This document shows, one piece after another, positions 11,245 through 25,200 of a stretch of 64,000 nucleotides of DNA; position 1 is the stretch's first letter, and every line of letters starts with the position of its first letter. A program made the position numbers and the translations under genes. The notes beneath the pieces were generated by a model. That model worked only from the letters and a program-made list of their open reading frames with translations, searched no databases and was not told the DNA's origin. This stretch comes from Paragordius varius. Taxonomy: Eukaryota; Animalia; Nematomorpha. The stretch covers positions 13,888,001-13,952,000 of the forward strand of contig OZ176050.1 of NCBI GenBank assembly GCA_964247055.1, in the 5' to 3' direction.

Positions 11245-14200
11245 CCATATAATAGGATAAGTTTTGGACAACTTAATATAACCTAATCATTTGGTTAAAT
11301 AATTTTTAACTGTAAATTTAAAATAAAAAACGCACACGTTATACATATACATTCTAAATTTTAATATATAATAATTAATGCGACAAAATAATAAACTAAT
11401 TTAATTATTTATTTGACGAATAATTATAAATTCTGTTGATATGAATTTAGAAAAATTATACATTTACCGATGCGTCGTACATATACAAAACATTTTTTTG
11501 TAATATTCCCCAAAATCTATTTCCCAGAAATCAGACACCAATAAAGCACCACCTCCTAGTGTTTTCCAAATTAAACATGATTGCCGGCATCCCAGGAAAA
11601 ATTTCAAATTAAAAGATCATAGTTAATTTATATCGAATGATTTAAATCCAAGTATGGACAAAATAATTAGTTTACATAAATAATCCAAAAAAATAGGATG
11701 ATTACATATTACTAGTGTAAATATTTCGCATTATCAAATTATCACTTAATATAATCAAACGATGAGTACAAAGAACCATATCTAATAAGCGACGCAATCA
11801 AACTTTTCGAGATCATACCTCTGATATAAGAAGAATTTTAGAAAATCTGCTAGTTGGAATTTATCACTTCTTATTCTGAAAACGATATGAAAATGATCCA
11901 GAAAAAAATTCAGAAGGGACTAAAAAGGTGGCAAAATGATAATAAATTTTAATATACCGTGATTTAACTTTTAATCAAATCGAAAGAACTGTCTTTCTCC
12001 AATCAAAAAATAAAGTGCTTGGTATGTATACTATATGAAAAGTTTGGAACGACACATGCAATCGACACTGTACTGTGTCAATTTTATAAATGCTTAAATA
12101 AATAATCCATATTTTTTAATCTGAAATTTGATAGTGGTTCTGCATTTTTAAAATAGGAATTAAGCTTTGTTGATTAAATTTATAATAATTTTAAATAAGC
12201 AGATGTATCTTATTAAAGTTTTTTAATACAGAAAAAAATTATTTAATTATAAATTTGTTTTAGGATAATGGTTAACTTATTCAAAAATTAAATTTGCGTC
12301 CGCGAGATTTTTCAAATGAAAATGCGGCCCACGAAGCCATTACCGTCATGAACATATCCAAAATATTTAATTAAGTTTTTATACATAGATTTTGTTAAAT
12401 AAACTGCTTTTCTAAATCTATTTAACATTAATTATTATATAAACAAATGTATATAGGGGTTTTTTAAAAAAATAATAAATTATAAGAACACTTTAGAAAA
12501 AGATGCCATCTATTTAATAGACACTTATATTTAAGTTGTTTTATAACTTAATGTCTGATATAGCGAACAAGAAATAACTAACATAATTATTACTGCTAAA
12601 ATAAATGGCTATGTGGTTGCTCTTTCTTTTTAAAGCCCTGATTTTTTAGCATAAATATTTTAGAATTACCACTTTTATCCTCGAATGATTGACTGTCTAT
12701 ATGATCGTCTGGAATAAAAATGAAATTCAAAAAAGATACGATTAGTTTAGTAACAATATTTTGAGTCATATTAACCTATAAAGTACTTCAAATTGATGCA
12801 ATTTATATCAAACTATTGAATATTAAAACAAACAAAGTACAAAACTACATTTCTTTCAAAGACAACCATTATATTTGGGTAAATAAATATTTATTTATAA
12901 ATTATATATATTTTTTGTTTTGACAAGTTTATTTTATTAAATTGGTCTTATTACTAAATTATATTTGTTATACTGACAAAAAAGTTAAAATTTAATAATA
13001 AAGCCTACAAAAAAAATTAATTTTCCATTTTTTTGGCTAGGTTGCCTTTTAAGATGGTTTTATACTAGAAGTGAATTTTGTAAATAAACTAAATTTTTGG
13101 AAGATATTTTATTAATTATCAAACATTGTTCTCAGATAAAGTATATATTTTTTAGAGTTTTGTGACTTCTAGATTCTAAAAATCAAGACAGCTCCAAAAC
13201 ACGATAGAAACGAACAATTGATATAATTATCAAAATATATCAAGTTTTTGCTGTGAAATGTAGCCTGAAAGCTAAAAGTTAATTAATTACATTTTCTAAC
13301 CATAAAATACTTTTTTTTGCCTGTTGCATAAGCGATTAAAATTATTTATGGAAAAAAATGGCGGCAAAAAAATTTGAAATAATTTTTTTTTATAATTTTA
13401 CATTTTTTTTAAAAAAATTTGTATAATGCGCCCAAAAACATATTTTTAAATTCGGCTTAATACCTTAATTTTTCTTATATTTAAATTTCAAATCGGCCTT
13501 AGATAAAACTACCCCAAAAGGCAGTTTAGTGTTAAAGGTTAACACATTTAGCTCAATCGGGTACAAATAAGATATATTAGTTTAATAATAATATAATTAT
13601 TAGATTAAATTTTTAATCGGTTTTGGGTCAAGTTGCTTTGGAATAGAATTTTTAACAGTTAAGAAACGAAAATATTTCCGAAGAAAATTGTAACTTTGCG
13701 CATTCTTGTTGAAAGATAAGATGTAAGGTTAACAAAAATTGAGATATGTGAACTTTTCTCTTCAATAGTTGCACATCATCAGTGCGACACAATATTTAAA
13801 AATATGGAATGCTGGAATCATTATGAAATTTATTACAAACAAAGTTTAAGGTCGGTTTGATAATTGAGTAAATATGGAATAAAATTGGATTTGAAATTAA
13901 TCAATTATACATTTTGCTAATTAATACAGATAAAAATACCAATGAAATAGCAGCCATCTTAATGTCAAATATATCTGGTAGTTTTTTTCTTAAAAATTTA
14001 CTTATTAATATCAGTTAATATTTAAAAATTTAATCAAAACTTAATATTTTGCATATTTATTATCCCATTTTATCAAATAAAAATATATGCAGTATAAGAT
14101 ATAATTGTTAAAAAATTGGAAGTTTTAACCCAATAAAGTGGTAATTCTAAGGCAATTACATTTAGAGTACGCAAAGAAGTGCTTATTTCATTGAGATTTC

Positions 14201-16282
14201 ATTTTGGTTAATATTGTTAAAATTTACGTTTTTAGGCATGAAAACTCAAATTTAAACCTGATAATATATGATAATTATTTGAATAAATTAAATATGAAAA
14301 AAGTTTTTTACTTGGGTACAAACCATATGAATCAATTAACTGCATATAAATTCTTCAAAAAAACTAGTCTAATTGTGCGAAGATCTCCATCTAAAAATAT
14401 TTATTAATGATCTTAGTAAAACCCATTATGAAAAATTAATTACACAGCAGGCTCGATTAATTTATCATTAAATTTTTTAAAATATTATTTTAAGGTTTTT
14501 AAAAACTGGCTGGCCGATTAATTTAGGAATATATTCTTTTTTGCAAATTCAGATTTTTATTGTCCCTGATAAAAATACTTTTAATTTTATAGTATAATAT
14601 GATATATTAAGACTTCCTTACCTTTTATAAGTGAAAATACATATTTAAGTAGCATTCCCTAATAATTTTAAATTACAAAATTTAATAAAAATTAAACATT
14701 ATATGAATAAAAAAGCTGTTCCTTTTTATTATATATATTATTGTTAGATATCATTTTAAATTGGTAAAACAGTGGAGTTTAAAATTAATAATTTTCTAAT
14801 TTTTGCTATCAAAATATATTCACGGGCATTTTAACATTAACTTTTTTATCAAACAAGATACAATGCAAATCCTTGAATTTTAAAAAATTATTCAAATTCA
14901 AACTGTAGTCCTTATAAATGGGTGATTTTTTATGTAGTATTTAAAATAATGACTTTTAAAACCTATTTTTTGAAATATAATTAAATTATTTCTTAAAATC
15001 CGCCCTTTCAACTATGGCGTCCAGTGCATCAGCCCCCCTTCCTTCCCCCTAGATATTTTCATTTACCAATAAAAATCTTAATAATTTTTAGCGGATAAAA
15101 AAGCCAATTTGAGTTTTGACAATGCATAGTATTTGTCCTTGTAGACACTTTTTAATATTAGTTTTAGTAAAATTACCCTATAATAAGTAGTTCAAAGGTA
15201 AGAATGTAATCTGCAAAAACTATAAAATATACTTTTAAAGATATATTGTATAAATAAAATTTACTATGACATATAAGAAGATACAAAAAAGTGAAAGGTG
15301 AATGATATAGAAAAAAAGATAAATTTTGATGATTTTTTGTTTAGTTTAAAATATATAAAAAATACAAGAATACATAAATAATGCCAAAAAGATTTGTTGA
15401 AAATCATCACTAAAAAATGCATGTACAATGATTAAATAAAAGAAAATGGGAAAGGACTTAAGCGCTAATTTTCAATAATATATAATTGAGTGGACAAATA
15501 TGGATATTCTTAGGTGATTTCACTGATTATTTTAATGCTACAACATAAATACATTTTATATGTTTGTGTGGTATCTATATAAAAATGCAAACTAACTTTT
15601 ACTGTAACGTCCATTATAGGCCAGATCTATAATTTTAATGGCTAAAATAGTAATTTTCACCATTTGAGATATAGCCTATAATAGTGTTCTTACTGTATCT
15701 AATAAATTAAATACATGGATATATAAGTATTATTAAAATTGAGATTCATATAATAAATAACACACATATGAAAATATAACTTTTTGGGGTCCCATCAAAT
15801 CACAAATGGTAAGAAAGTATGCTTTAAAAATGAAACGTTATGATAAAAAACGATCATAATGACTAAAATCTAGGCGCATAATACGTAAAAGAAAGAATTA
15901 AATGTCATAAATTTTGGCCTTTGGGAAAACTATACAAGGTATGTATAAGTGTTGGCACATTCATATATCACAAAGAAAAAGGTATGCAAAGATGCTGATG
16001 CACTCTAAGGAGCTATGTTAATGGTTATATGAGATAGTTTTAATTTAATTCGTAATTTGTATTGTATACTTTACAAATTAATTTTACAGATTTGATATTA
16101 ACCAAAAAACCTATTACGTGCGTTTAAATCTTTCTCAAATAACAAATTGACGTTTAAAACATTCTCAAATAACAAATTAAAAGAAAGACACAAACCAATC
16201 CTTTTCTGTTTAGTGTAATATCAAATAATAGTTTTGAACAAAATTTTATGGTTCATTTGTTTCAAAATACATGCTTGCCCGT

Positions 16283-19200
16283 TTAAGCCGAACTATCCCA
16301 CTCAAGTCCGCTAACAATTAAATCTTGCGCTGTTAACCTGCGATGATTATTAGAATTATCAATATAGTCTCTCTCATTTTCACAGATTATATGTTCCTGA
16401 TCAGCAAAATTGTTTTCAATTACATCATCGCTATCCATATTTGTGGTTAAAATTGATTTTTGAGGCCGCATACCACTATTTTCTCGGGTTAAAAGTCCAC
16501 CCAACGGATCATTCAAAAACAAATTTTTATCCTTTGGTGAGGATTCATTAATCCCATTGTTAGTGTCTAGGATACGTTTAACACTATGCGTTAGGTAATG
16601 TTTAAATTTTTTGGTCGTTGAGGAGGAGCCAGTTAGAGCATCATTGGAAGACTGTGAAGGACGTGGTTCTGATAAATTGTAGTTATACACTTGTCCTGCT
16701 ATATAAGATGTAAAATAAAGGTGACAATATTGTTTAAAATTCTGCTTCTCAAATGTATTAACCATTTGCACCTCAAATTTGTCCATAAACATTTCAAGTT
16801 TGCGTATAGGCATAATTTATTGAATATATACCATTTACAATTCAAAATCACCCTTGAACAATTTCACCCTCAAACGATTCAAAATCACCCTCGAATAAAT
16901 TATGTGTTCTTTAAAATTAAAAATTACCTATATTTTTTTATATTTTTAAAAATAATTTTTTGTTTAAAATTAATATGATACTAAAAAAATAATAAATGCC
17001 ATAAGATTATATTTTATATTAATGATGTTATATTACCCCGAAAACACAATTTATTTTTAGGGTGAATTTGAATTGTTCAAGGGTGAATTCGAATTGTAAA
17101 TAGTATATTAATCTATTTTATACATTTTTAATCTATACAATTTATATTAAATCTTTTCATTTATAAAAAAAATATTTTAAAAAAAATTAGAAATTTTTTC
17201 CAGAAAGGTAACTTGACATGTTTACGGAACAACTTAAGGTCTGGTACATTAATAAGAAGCTAAAGTTATAACTCAAAAATATATTTTTAACAAAAGATTT
17301 ACCCATCATGAATCTATCTTCAGGCAAGTGAGGATCTAAAAGATCAGCATTTTCAGTCTCAAAGTTGTTATGAATTATTTTTGATGACGCATTACATGTG
17401 TTTATAGGACGTTCATTGTCAACTAAGCGTTCGGTATCGGCATCATCCACTGCTCCAATAAAAAAATTATGAGTAATAACATTTAGTAAATACAAATATA
17501 GAAAGGATACGGTGTTAAATAGGGAATAAAAAAATAATTGGGTATGAAAAGCATATTTTACTAAATTAATCAAAATTATCGCAAAAAACTATCACTCAAA
17601 TTAAAGCAAACATTACATTATCAAGTATTATAGGCCATTTAAACCTCTATTGGTTAAAGAACGTTAACGTTTTATTGTTACTGCCGTTACGTGGCACAAA
17701 TATTTTTTATGGATAATAACAATAATACGATTATAATTAATTTTTGTTAATAATTATCTCTTTCTATTAATTTTCGCGATTATCATTATATTACTACAAC
17801 TGTTATTACAAAACATAATCACATCATTTACCACATTACTTACCAATAGAACTTGTTGAGGATGATGAAACTAAACGTGAGGTAACCAAATTCATAGTAT
17901 CGAATGATGAAGTCGTCCCACCAACTCCAAAATCTCTGTAGCTATCAGGATTCATATTGTTAGCTGCCATGGGGTTAACACGAACATTGAGACATGAAAA
18001 AGAGGAATCATCCCACCATACCATATCATCACAAGTTGTGCCTGTATGAGGTCTATTGCTAGAGCTACCTCCCCGCATATCAAAATATTTCAATCCTTTC
18101 TCAGAAAAAGACTTTGCACTTATCTTTGATATAAATGTGCTCAGGGCTGAGTTTTGTTTAGGGTTGTCTTTCCATTCAATGGCCCATTTTTGAAGGGGTG
18201 TAGTTGTACGTGATTTTGAGATATTTGCTGCAATATTATGACTCGACATTATTCCTTTAACATAATCCACCATGAAGTGGGTTTTCTTTGATTTGGGTTT
18301 TTGAAGTATACTAGTAGTTTCATTGTTTGTCGCATCAAGATATTTCGCATCCTTAGGGTCATCAAATGTGTAAGTTTTTTCATTCAGAACGGTGCAGGCA
18401 TCATTTTCTTCTACGGAATCTATGGTTAGCCGTGTTGTTAGGGTGTTTGGCAACTCATTATCCGAACCATGTCCCTCTAAATTATCTGTGTTTTGTGGTG
18501 CATAAGATAGCGGTTTTCGTTTTGGCGGCCACCAAGCCCTAACATTATTCCGACCCAATAAAGTGGGTCCTTTTTTTCTGAAAGTATTACTCTCCTTATT
18601 TATATCAGAAACTTCTGCAGATAATGAAGAAGATTCATATCTATAATTATTATTGCTGTTGTTGTTCAATGATGTGCTACGTTTTTTCTTGACAAGTCGG
18701 GTATTATCGTAGGGACGTCGTTTAACACAATAATTGACAAACAAAGCCACAATCAAAACGACCAATATTAAAATAGTTACGGGTGGGATAATGCTAGAAG
18801 AAGTTGTATAGTGAGACAAAAAATAACTGGTGCCGCTATGGAGTGATACATTCCCGCCAATAATACCATTTATACTTTTGTCATCTTCGAAATCTATCCA
18901 GGGTTGTGCTAAGATTGCATTTTGTCCAATATCATCCTGTGTGTGATATTGATGGCTACCATTAGTTGCAATTTGTGACATGGATGAGGCCCGTTTTAAA
19001 TGATAAATTTTTTCCGTGTACCAATCAACTTTGTCAAAGTTTTCAGGGTTATTGTGCAACTCACGGTTTGGATCAGGTGTATTATCCACCATCATGGGAT
19101 AAAGTGATACAACAAGTGAATTGGTATGATCCCATAAACCTAAATCAACACTTACATTATCCTGATTATATGATACCAATTGCGATTCTGTTGACTGTGC

Positions 19201-22200
19201 TAAATTTTCCTTACGTGTCCTGTAAGAGCATCGCAACTCAAAAGCCAAAGGTGTTGATGCCATATAGGTGGTGGGAGAATTGGAATTATCCAAATGGTTT
19301 GATGATGTTTCTTTTCCCTTATGCGTCGTAAAATGATGGTAATACCTTAGTTTTTGTAGCACGCTTTCATAAACACTGACATTAGCGGCATTCCTTATGC
19401 TAACACGATTTCTGCGTTTGTGTGAAATGGCAAGGACATTTTTAAAAGCCGAAAATTGGTTCGATTCTTCCACACCTTGAAGCAGGGGTGCATTAAAGCG
19501 TTCAAACCGTAATCCATACAGGGCTAATATATCGGCCGGTAACATGAAATAACCCATGGGTGATTTGTGTTGCAAGGATTGATTTAAGTTTGCGTTTGTT
19601 ACATTTAAATTGATAATTTCTTGTTGTTCATCATAATCATGATTCAATGGAGACGAATCTATATGGCATCGATCTACTACAATTGGCTGTGAATTTGATG
19701 CGGAATGATCTGATAAAACTTTAAAAGTAACATTTTGGAACATAGGAACGCCTTTGGTCTCGAGATCATGCTTGCTCACATGCAACTCCAATGTATGACG
19801 CGTAACTGATTGATAATGAAAATAATCATAAACTGCCGTATTCCAAACCAATTCAAGCTTCGAGGGGTGTGAGCTGTTTATAATATTGTTCGTAAAATTA
19901 TAGCTGCCAACGTTATTAACTGGATTAAGGATATGACTTTCAACTATAATGGGTGAGGAGGAAGAGGTATCAGTAATATCGCTTGATGACAAAGTCTTTT
20001 TTTCTACAAATTGAGTTTGAGGTCTAACATGTATCCATATGGTTAATGCATGATTTGAAAGAGGGATATATTGATCATACGCTTTTGATTCATTTGTGTC
20101 ATTGGTACAAGTCATTACTGTTTTTATGATAATGCTTCTTTTACCCGGGATAGGGTGGCTAAAAATATAAAATTGTATATATACCATTTACAATTCAAAT
20201 TCACCTTCGAACAATTCAAATTCACCTTCGAACATTCAAATTCACCCTTGAACAATTCAAATTCACCCTTGAACAATTCAAATTCACCCTAAAAATCTTT
20301 TAAGTGTTTTAGAACTAAAATAAATCTCATTATTAATATGAAATATATGCTTATGGTACAGTTAATTAATTTTTCAGTATTATTTTAATTTAAAACAATA
20401 TTTTTATTTTTAAAAAAATAAATAAAATATAGATAATTTTTTATCTCAGAAAACATATATTTTATTTGAGGGTGAATTTGAATTGTTCAAGGGTGATTTT
20501 GAATTGTTTAAGGGTGAAATTGAATTGTAAATGGTATAGATACCACTCCAAAATGTTTTTTTATATAATCTGGTTTTAAGCAAAATATCAAACGAAGCAA
20601 AATATCAAACGAAATAAAATAATCAATCACCCAAACACGGTAAATAAATTGCATCCATTTATAATTCTGAATAATCAAGAGCAAAATATAATAATTTTTG
20701 TTACAAAAACAAAAAAAACCTATTAGATTGTTGATTTCCTAGCACAACGTTTTCACCGTCATTGATAATATACCCATATCCAACATTTTGGAGTATTTTA
20801 TTCAAGCTTTCAACATTGGAACTTGATATAGCCAATGCCTGGCCCATATTATATATGGATGGAGTACCAGCCTGGTTTTTAGTAGCATTTTCTTGATCAA
20901 TGATACTTTGTACAACATTAGAGAGTAAAGGGGTAGTCGATTTTGTCCCATCTTTCATATTCACTCTTAGGGTTATGAATTGGCCCTCTTTCTTGTCACC
21001 GCTTATAGATAATAGGGTATTGGTTTCAAATTTGGCGATTGATTCTTGAGGCTTAATCTCAAGTTCTCCTAGCTTTGCTGTTGATTTTAATGATGTGCTA
21101 TCAATGATTAAGGCTTCACGACATGCAAGTAAGCATTGCGTTATAACTGATTCCGTCCAAACGCCATGTTTAACCAAAGCCAACTCTGAGAGAGCACCCG
21201 TGAAAAAACGGTCCATCCTAGCCTTTCGCCCCTCCCAACAAGCCCCCACAACTGATTTAACAGGTAAAAACGGAGTTGATGATCGCGTATGACCGTTATA
21301 ATAGTGTGATGAGGGCGATAGTTTACGATGTCCCTATATGTAATAAAAAATGACAAAATTAGATATTGCAAATTTGGATTATTGTTAAGGGGTGATAATA
21401 TTGAGATTAGACAATAAGAAAAAAATAAAAAATAGCCCTAAATTGTAAATTTGAATATGAGATTTAGCTAACACATTTGAAATAAGGCAATAAGAGGTTT
21501 ATTCTAAATGAACAGTATCCTAAATGTAATGAATGATCAAATTAAAAATAGTTTAATATTGAATTATGGTAAAAAATATGAAGCTAATAAAAAGGAAATT
21601 AAGTCAATAATGGGTTAATATGAATGATGTTATGTAAATGACCAAAATACTCAATTTATATTTAGATTATGGTAAAAACTAGTCTCACAATATAGACTTA
21701 ATCGGTTATGGAATTATGACTTGTAAAAAAGTTTAAGAATTATGTAGAATTTATGATGCAAATCCCAACTTTCATATATTTTATTATACAGTAAAACAGC
21801 CATATTGTTGGTTATGTTTATCAATAATTAAAAAGTTATTACAACCAATAATAATGAGCATATTAATCTAAAACAATAAATTTTAAAGTTAAGTCAATAC
21901 AAGCTTTGAAACCTTAAAATCGTTGAAATTACTACATTTGAGCAAACATTCGATATGCTTTTCGGTTGACTAAAAACTTTTACAAATCGTTTTACCTGTC
22001 CGCATTCAAATTTTAGCCTATGAAAAAATTTACGCATAAAATGTAAAAAAAGCCATACCCTTTTCCCGCCATGTTGAGCCATAGGATGTAAAGGCCAATC
22101 ATCAATAATTTGTGGGTTTTCGGCTTGTTCAAAGGTGTCATCTTCGCCTTTATTGTTGGTAAGTTTAAGTTTACCATTTTGTTCGGATTTTTGAACATTG

Positions 22201-25200
22201 GATGTTTTATTACGTGCAAACTTTTTTTTCTGTTGCCGTTGTTGAAAACGAACCCCATCAATAAACAGTTCAAAATGTGTTGGGAAAAAAACGTTAATAA
22301 CATAATGATGCCATTCATTATCGCACACTTGATCAAGTTTCCACCGGATTTCGGATGGAGTGAATAACTTTTTTCGGTCTATATATTTGATTTTGGTTTA
22401 ATTTTGGTAAAAAATGTATGAAAAACTGAGTTTATAAAAAAAATTAGTAAATAATTATGTTTACAATGAATATCACAATAAAGTCTTAGTAGTAAAAAAG
22501 GGGTTTTTTAATTACGGTTTTTAGATGCGAATTTTCTAATATAAAATTAGGCATAAAAGGCCATTTATTATTATTATTGATCGTTACGAATTGGATATAA
22601 ATGTTTTATTGGGTATCTTGACAAATTATCAATAAAAAAATAATAAAATTTAAAAAGTTAAATAGCTTATAAACAAATATTACATAATATAAAACCACCT
22701 TAATTTTATATTTTTAGATATCATAACGGTTCTTTTTAAACATATTTTTATCATAAAAAGTTGAATACCTTATAAACAAATACTATATATTATAAAACCA
22801 CCCTAATTTTAATTTTTCAATATCATAATGGTTCATTTTAAACATATTTTTATTATAAACTTAATCGATAGTCAACAAAAATAAGTTAACAAAAATTGAT
22901 ACCAAAAAAACTTTCTTTCCCAAAAGTTGTATCGTGAAACTTGCTGTTGCGTTCTTCCGCACCAAATGAATTATCCGATATAATTGTAGTTTTATCATTA
23001 TCATTAGCATTAGCCTCATTGAAAAGTAAAATTTCTTGTCGAAGTAACAGGATAAGTTTACAATTTTTAAGAAACAAGGCTAAATGATGTCTACTTAGTC
23101 CATAATCATCGGAACGACAAAAGATATGTTCTTTCCTGGGCGAGGTTTGTAAAATACCATCATCCGTTTCAAAGCTATTATTATTGTAATTGTTGAAGTA
23201 ATGATTATGAGGGAGATTTGAATGACGCATCCAAAATGTTAAGCTAAAATTTGTCCCATAACCCAAGATTGGTTCCATGCGTTCTAGCATACGCATTTTA
23301 TCGTCTTGCTGGGGTTTATTGTGCGTTTTGGGTAAATTATTTAACCTGTAAATGTAGTTTTTGTTATAGAACATGGGATTAAACAATAGTTGAAATTTAT
23401 TAAAAGTTACATTTTAAATTTTGAGATATAGGAAGATAAATAAATGATTATCACGAAAAAACAAATGAATATACAAATAATTATTACGTACATGATTTAA
23501 AAATATGTAATAAATATACCATATATGACCCTTGATGACATTCTGTTATATCTACAGTAAAATTATACGAACAAAACGGAAAAAAATAAAGACAATTTTT
23601 TTTCTAGAAGACAACCATACTTTTTAAATGATAAATTAAATATAACTAATTGTTTTAAACTTATATATTTTAGGCTTGTTATTAAATATTTTACTAGGAT
23701 TAATTTAGGTTTTAAAAAACTATGGTTGTCTTTTGGGAAAAAATATTAGTCTTTATATTTTTCTTTTGTCCGTATAATTTTAATTTTACTGTATTTACTT
23801 ATTTAATATATTTTCTAAATCATGTTTTTCGTAATAATCAATTATTAATCTTACTGTATATGACAAATTATCAATGTGACCTTAAATATAAAAGTAATGG
23901 AATAACTTGATTAAAGCGTTTACATAAGTTAATGTGTCCGAAAAAAGCTATACAAACAGATTAGACACCATCTCGAGCATAAATAGTTATATTGATTTTA
24001 TACCTAAGAGGTTAGAATTGGGTAAACTCACAAAAACTATATATTATACTTTATTTATGTAAAACACCATCGAATAAAAATATTATTAACAATCAAAATA
24101 ATAAAAACCATCCAAATTTAAAATTTAATATAATTTCGACTATTTTTATATCAATAAAAAATTCTATGAAAAATAAAAATAATTTTACACACTGGAATTT
24201 TTAAAAAAATCAAATTTTTCGCATACCTTATATTCAATTTAGCTCTCAATTTTGTAATGGGATCATTATTATTAGTTTTATCATTGTTGAAATTTTCAGT
24301 TTCGGTATCAACCGTAACGAAATCGGAATATCCATTGAATGATTTAACTTCAACTCCGGCGTGCATTAAATCAACAATTTCAATCGGACGTTTTCCTAAA
24401 GATAATGTAAAACGATTCACATATAATTGATATAATATATATGTAATTTATGACATTTACAATTCAAATTCACCCTTAAAATTCGAATTCACCCTCGAAC
24501 AATTCGAATTCACCCTCAAATAAATTATACTTTTTAAGATTAAAAATTATCTATATTTTTATATATTTTTAAAAAATAAAATTGTTTTAATTAAAATAAT
24601 ATTGAAAATATAATATACTATGCCAAAAAGATATATTTTATATGAAAAATGAGTTATATTAGTTGGAAAACACAATTTATTTTTAGGGTGAATTTGAATT
24701 GATCGAGGGTGAATTTGAACTGTAAATGGTATATATGAATTAGTTTTGTATCAAAATTTATCGTTAAAAATATCAATTAATTAGACAAAAACTATAAATC
24801 CCAAAAAAAGTAGTTTGACACCATTCGATAAAATATGGAAATATTTATTTTTTTCCATCGACTAAATTAAAATTCTACTCCACAAAAATTTAAGGCATAA
24901 AAATTTTGAAAGCACAAAAAGAACCAAATTTAATTTTATAAAATATTTAGGTAAATTTACAATACTGGTTTACAAATCAAGAATATCTACCATTTACAGT
25001 TAAAATTCACCCTTGAACAATTCAAATTCACCCTAAAAACCATAAGAAATACTTAAATTTTATTTTTTCAGTATTATTTTAATTTTAAACAAAATTTTAT
25101 TTTTTATAAATATATTAAATTATAAATAATTTTTAATTTTAAAAAACACATAATTTATTTGAGGGAAAATTTGAATTGTTCAAAGGTGCATTTGAATTGT

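Noticed and set aside
11760-11940. Slightly GC-richer stretch with coding-like composition
   Set aside because: Several stops in all frames examined and no recognisable motif.
20180-20300. 21-bp repeats as a possible CRISPR array
   Set aside because: Repeats are directly tandem with no unique spacers, sit inside TIRs, and the context is a eukaryotic intron with no cas genes.
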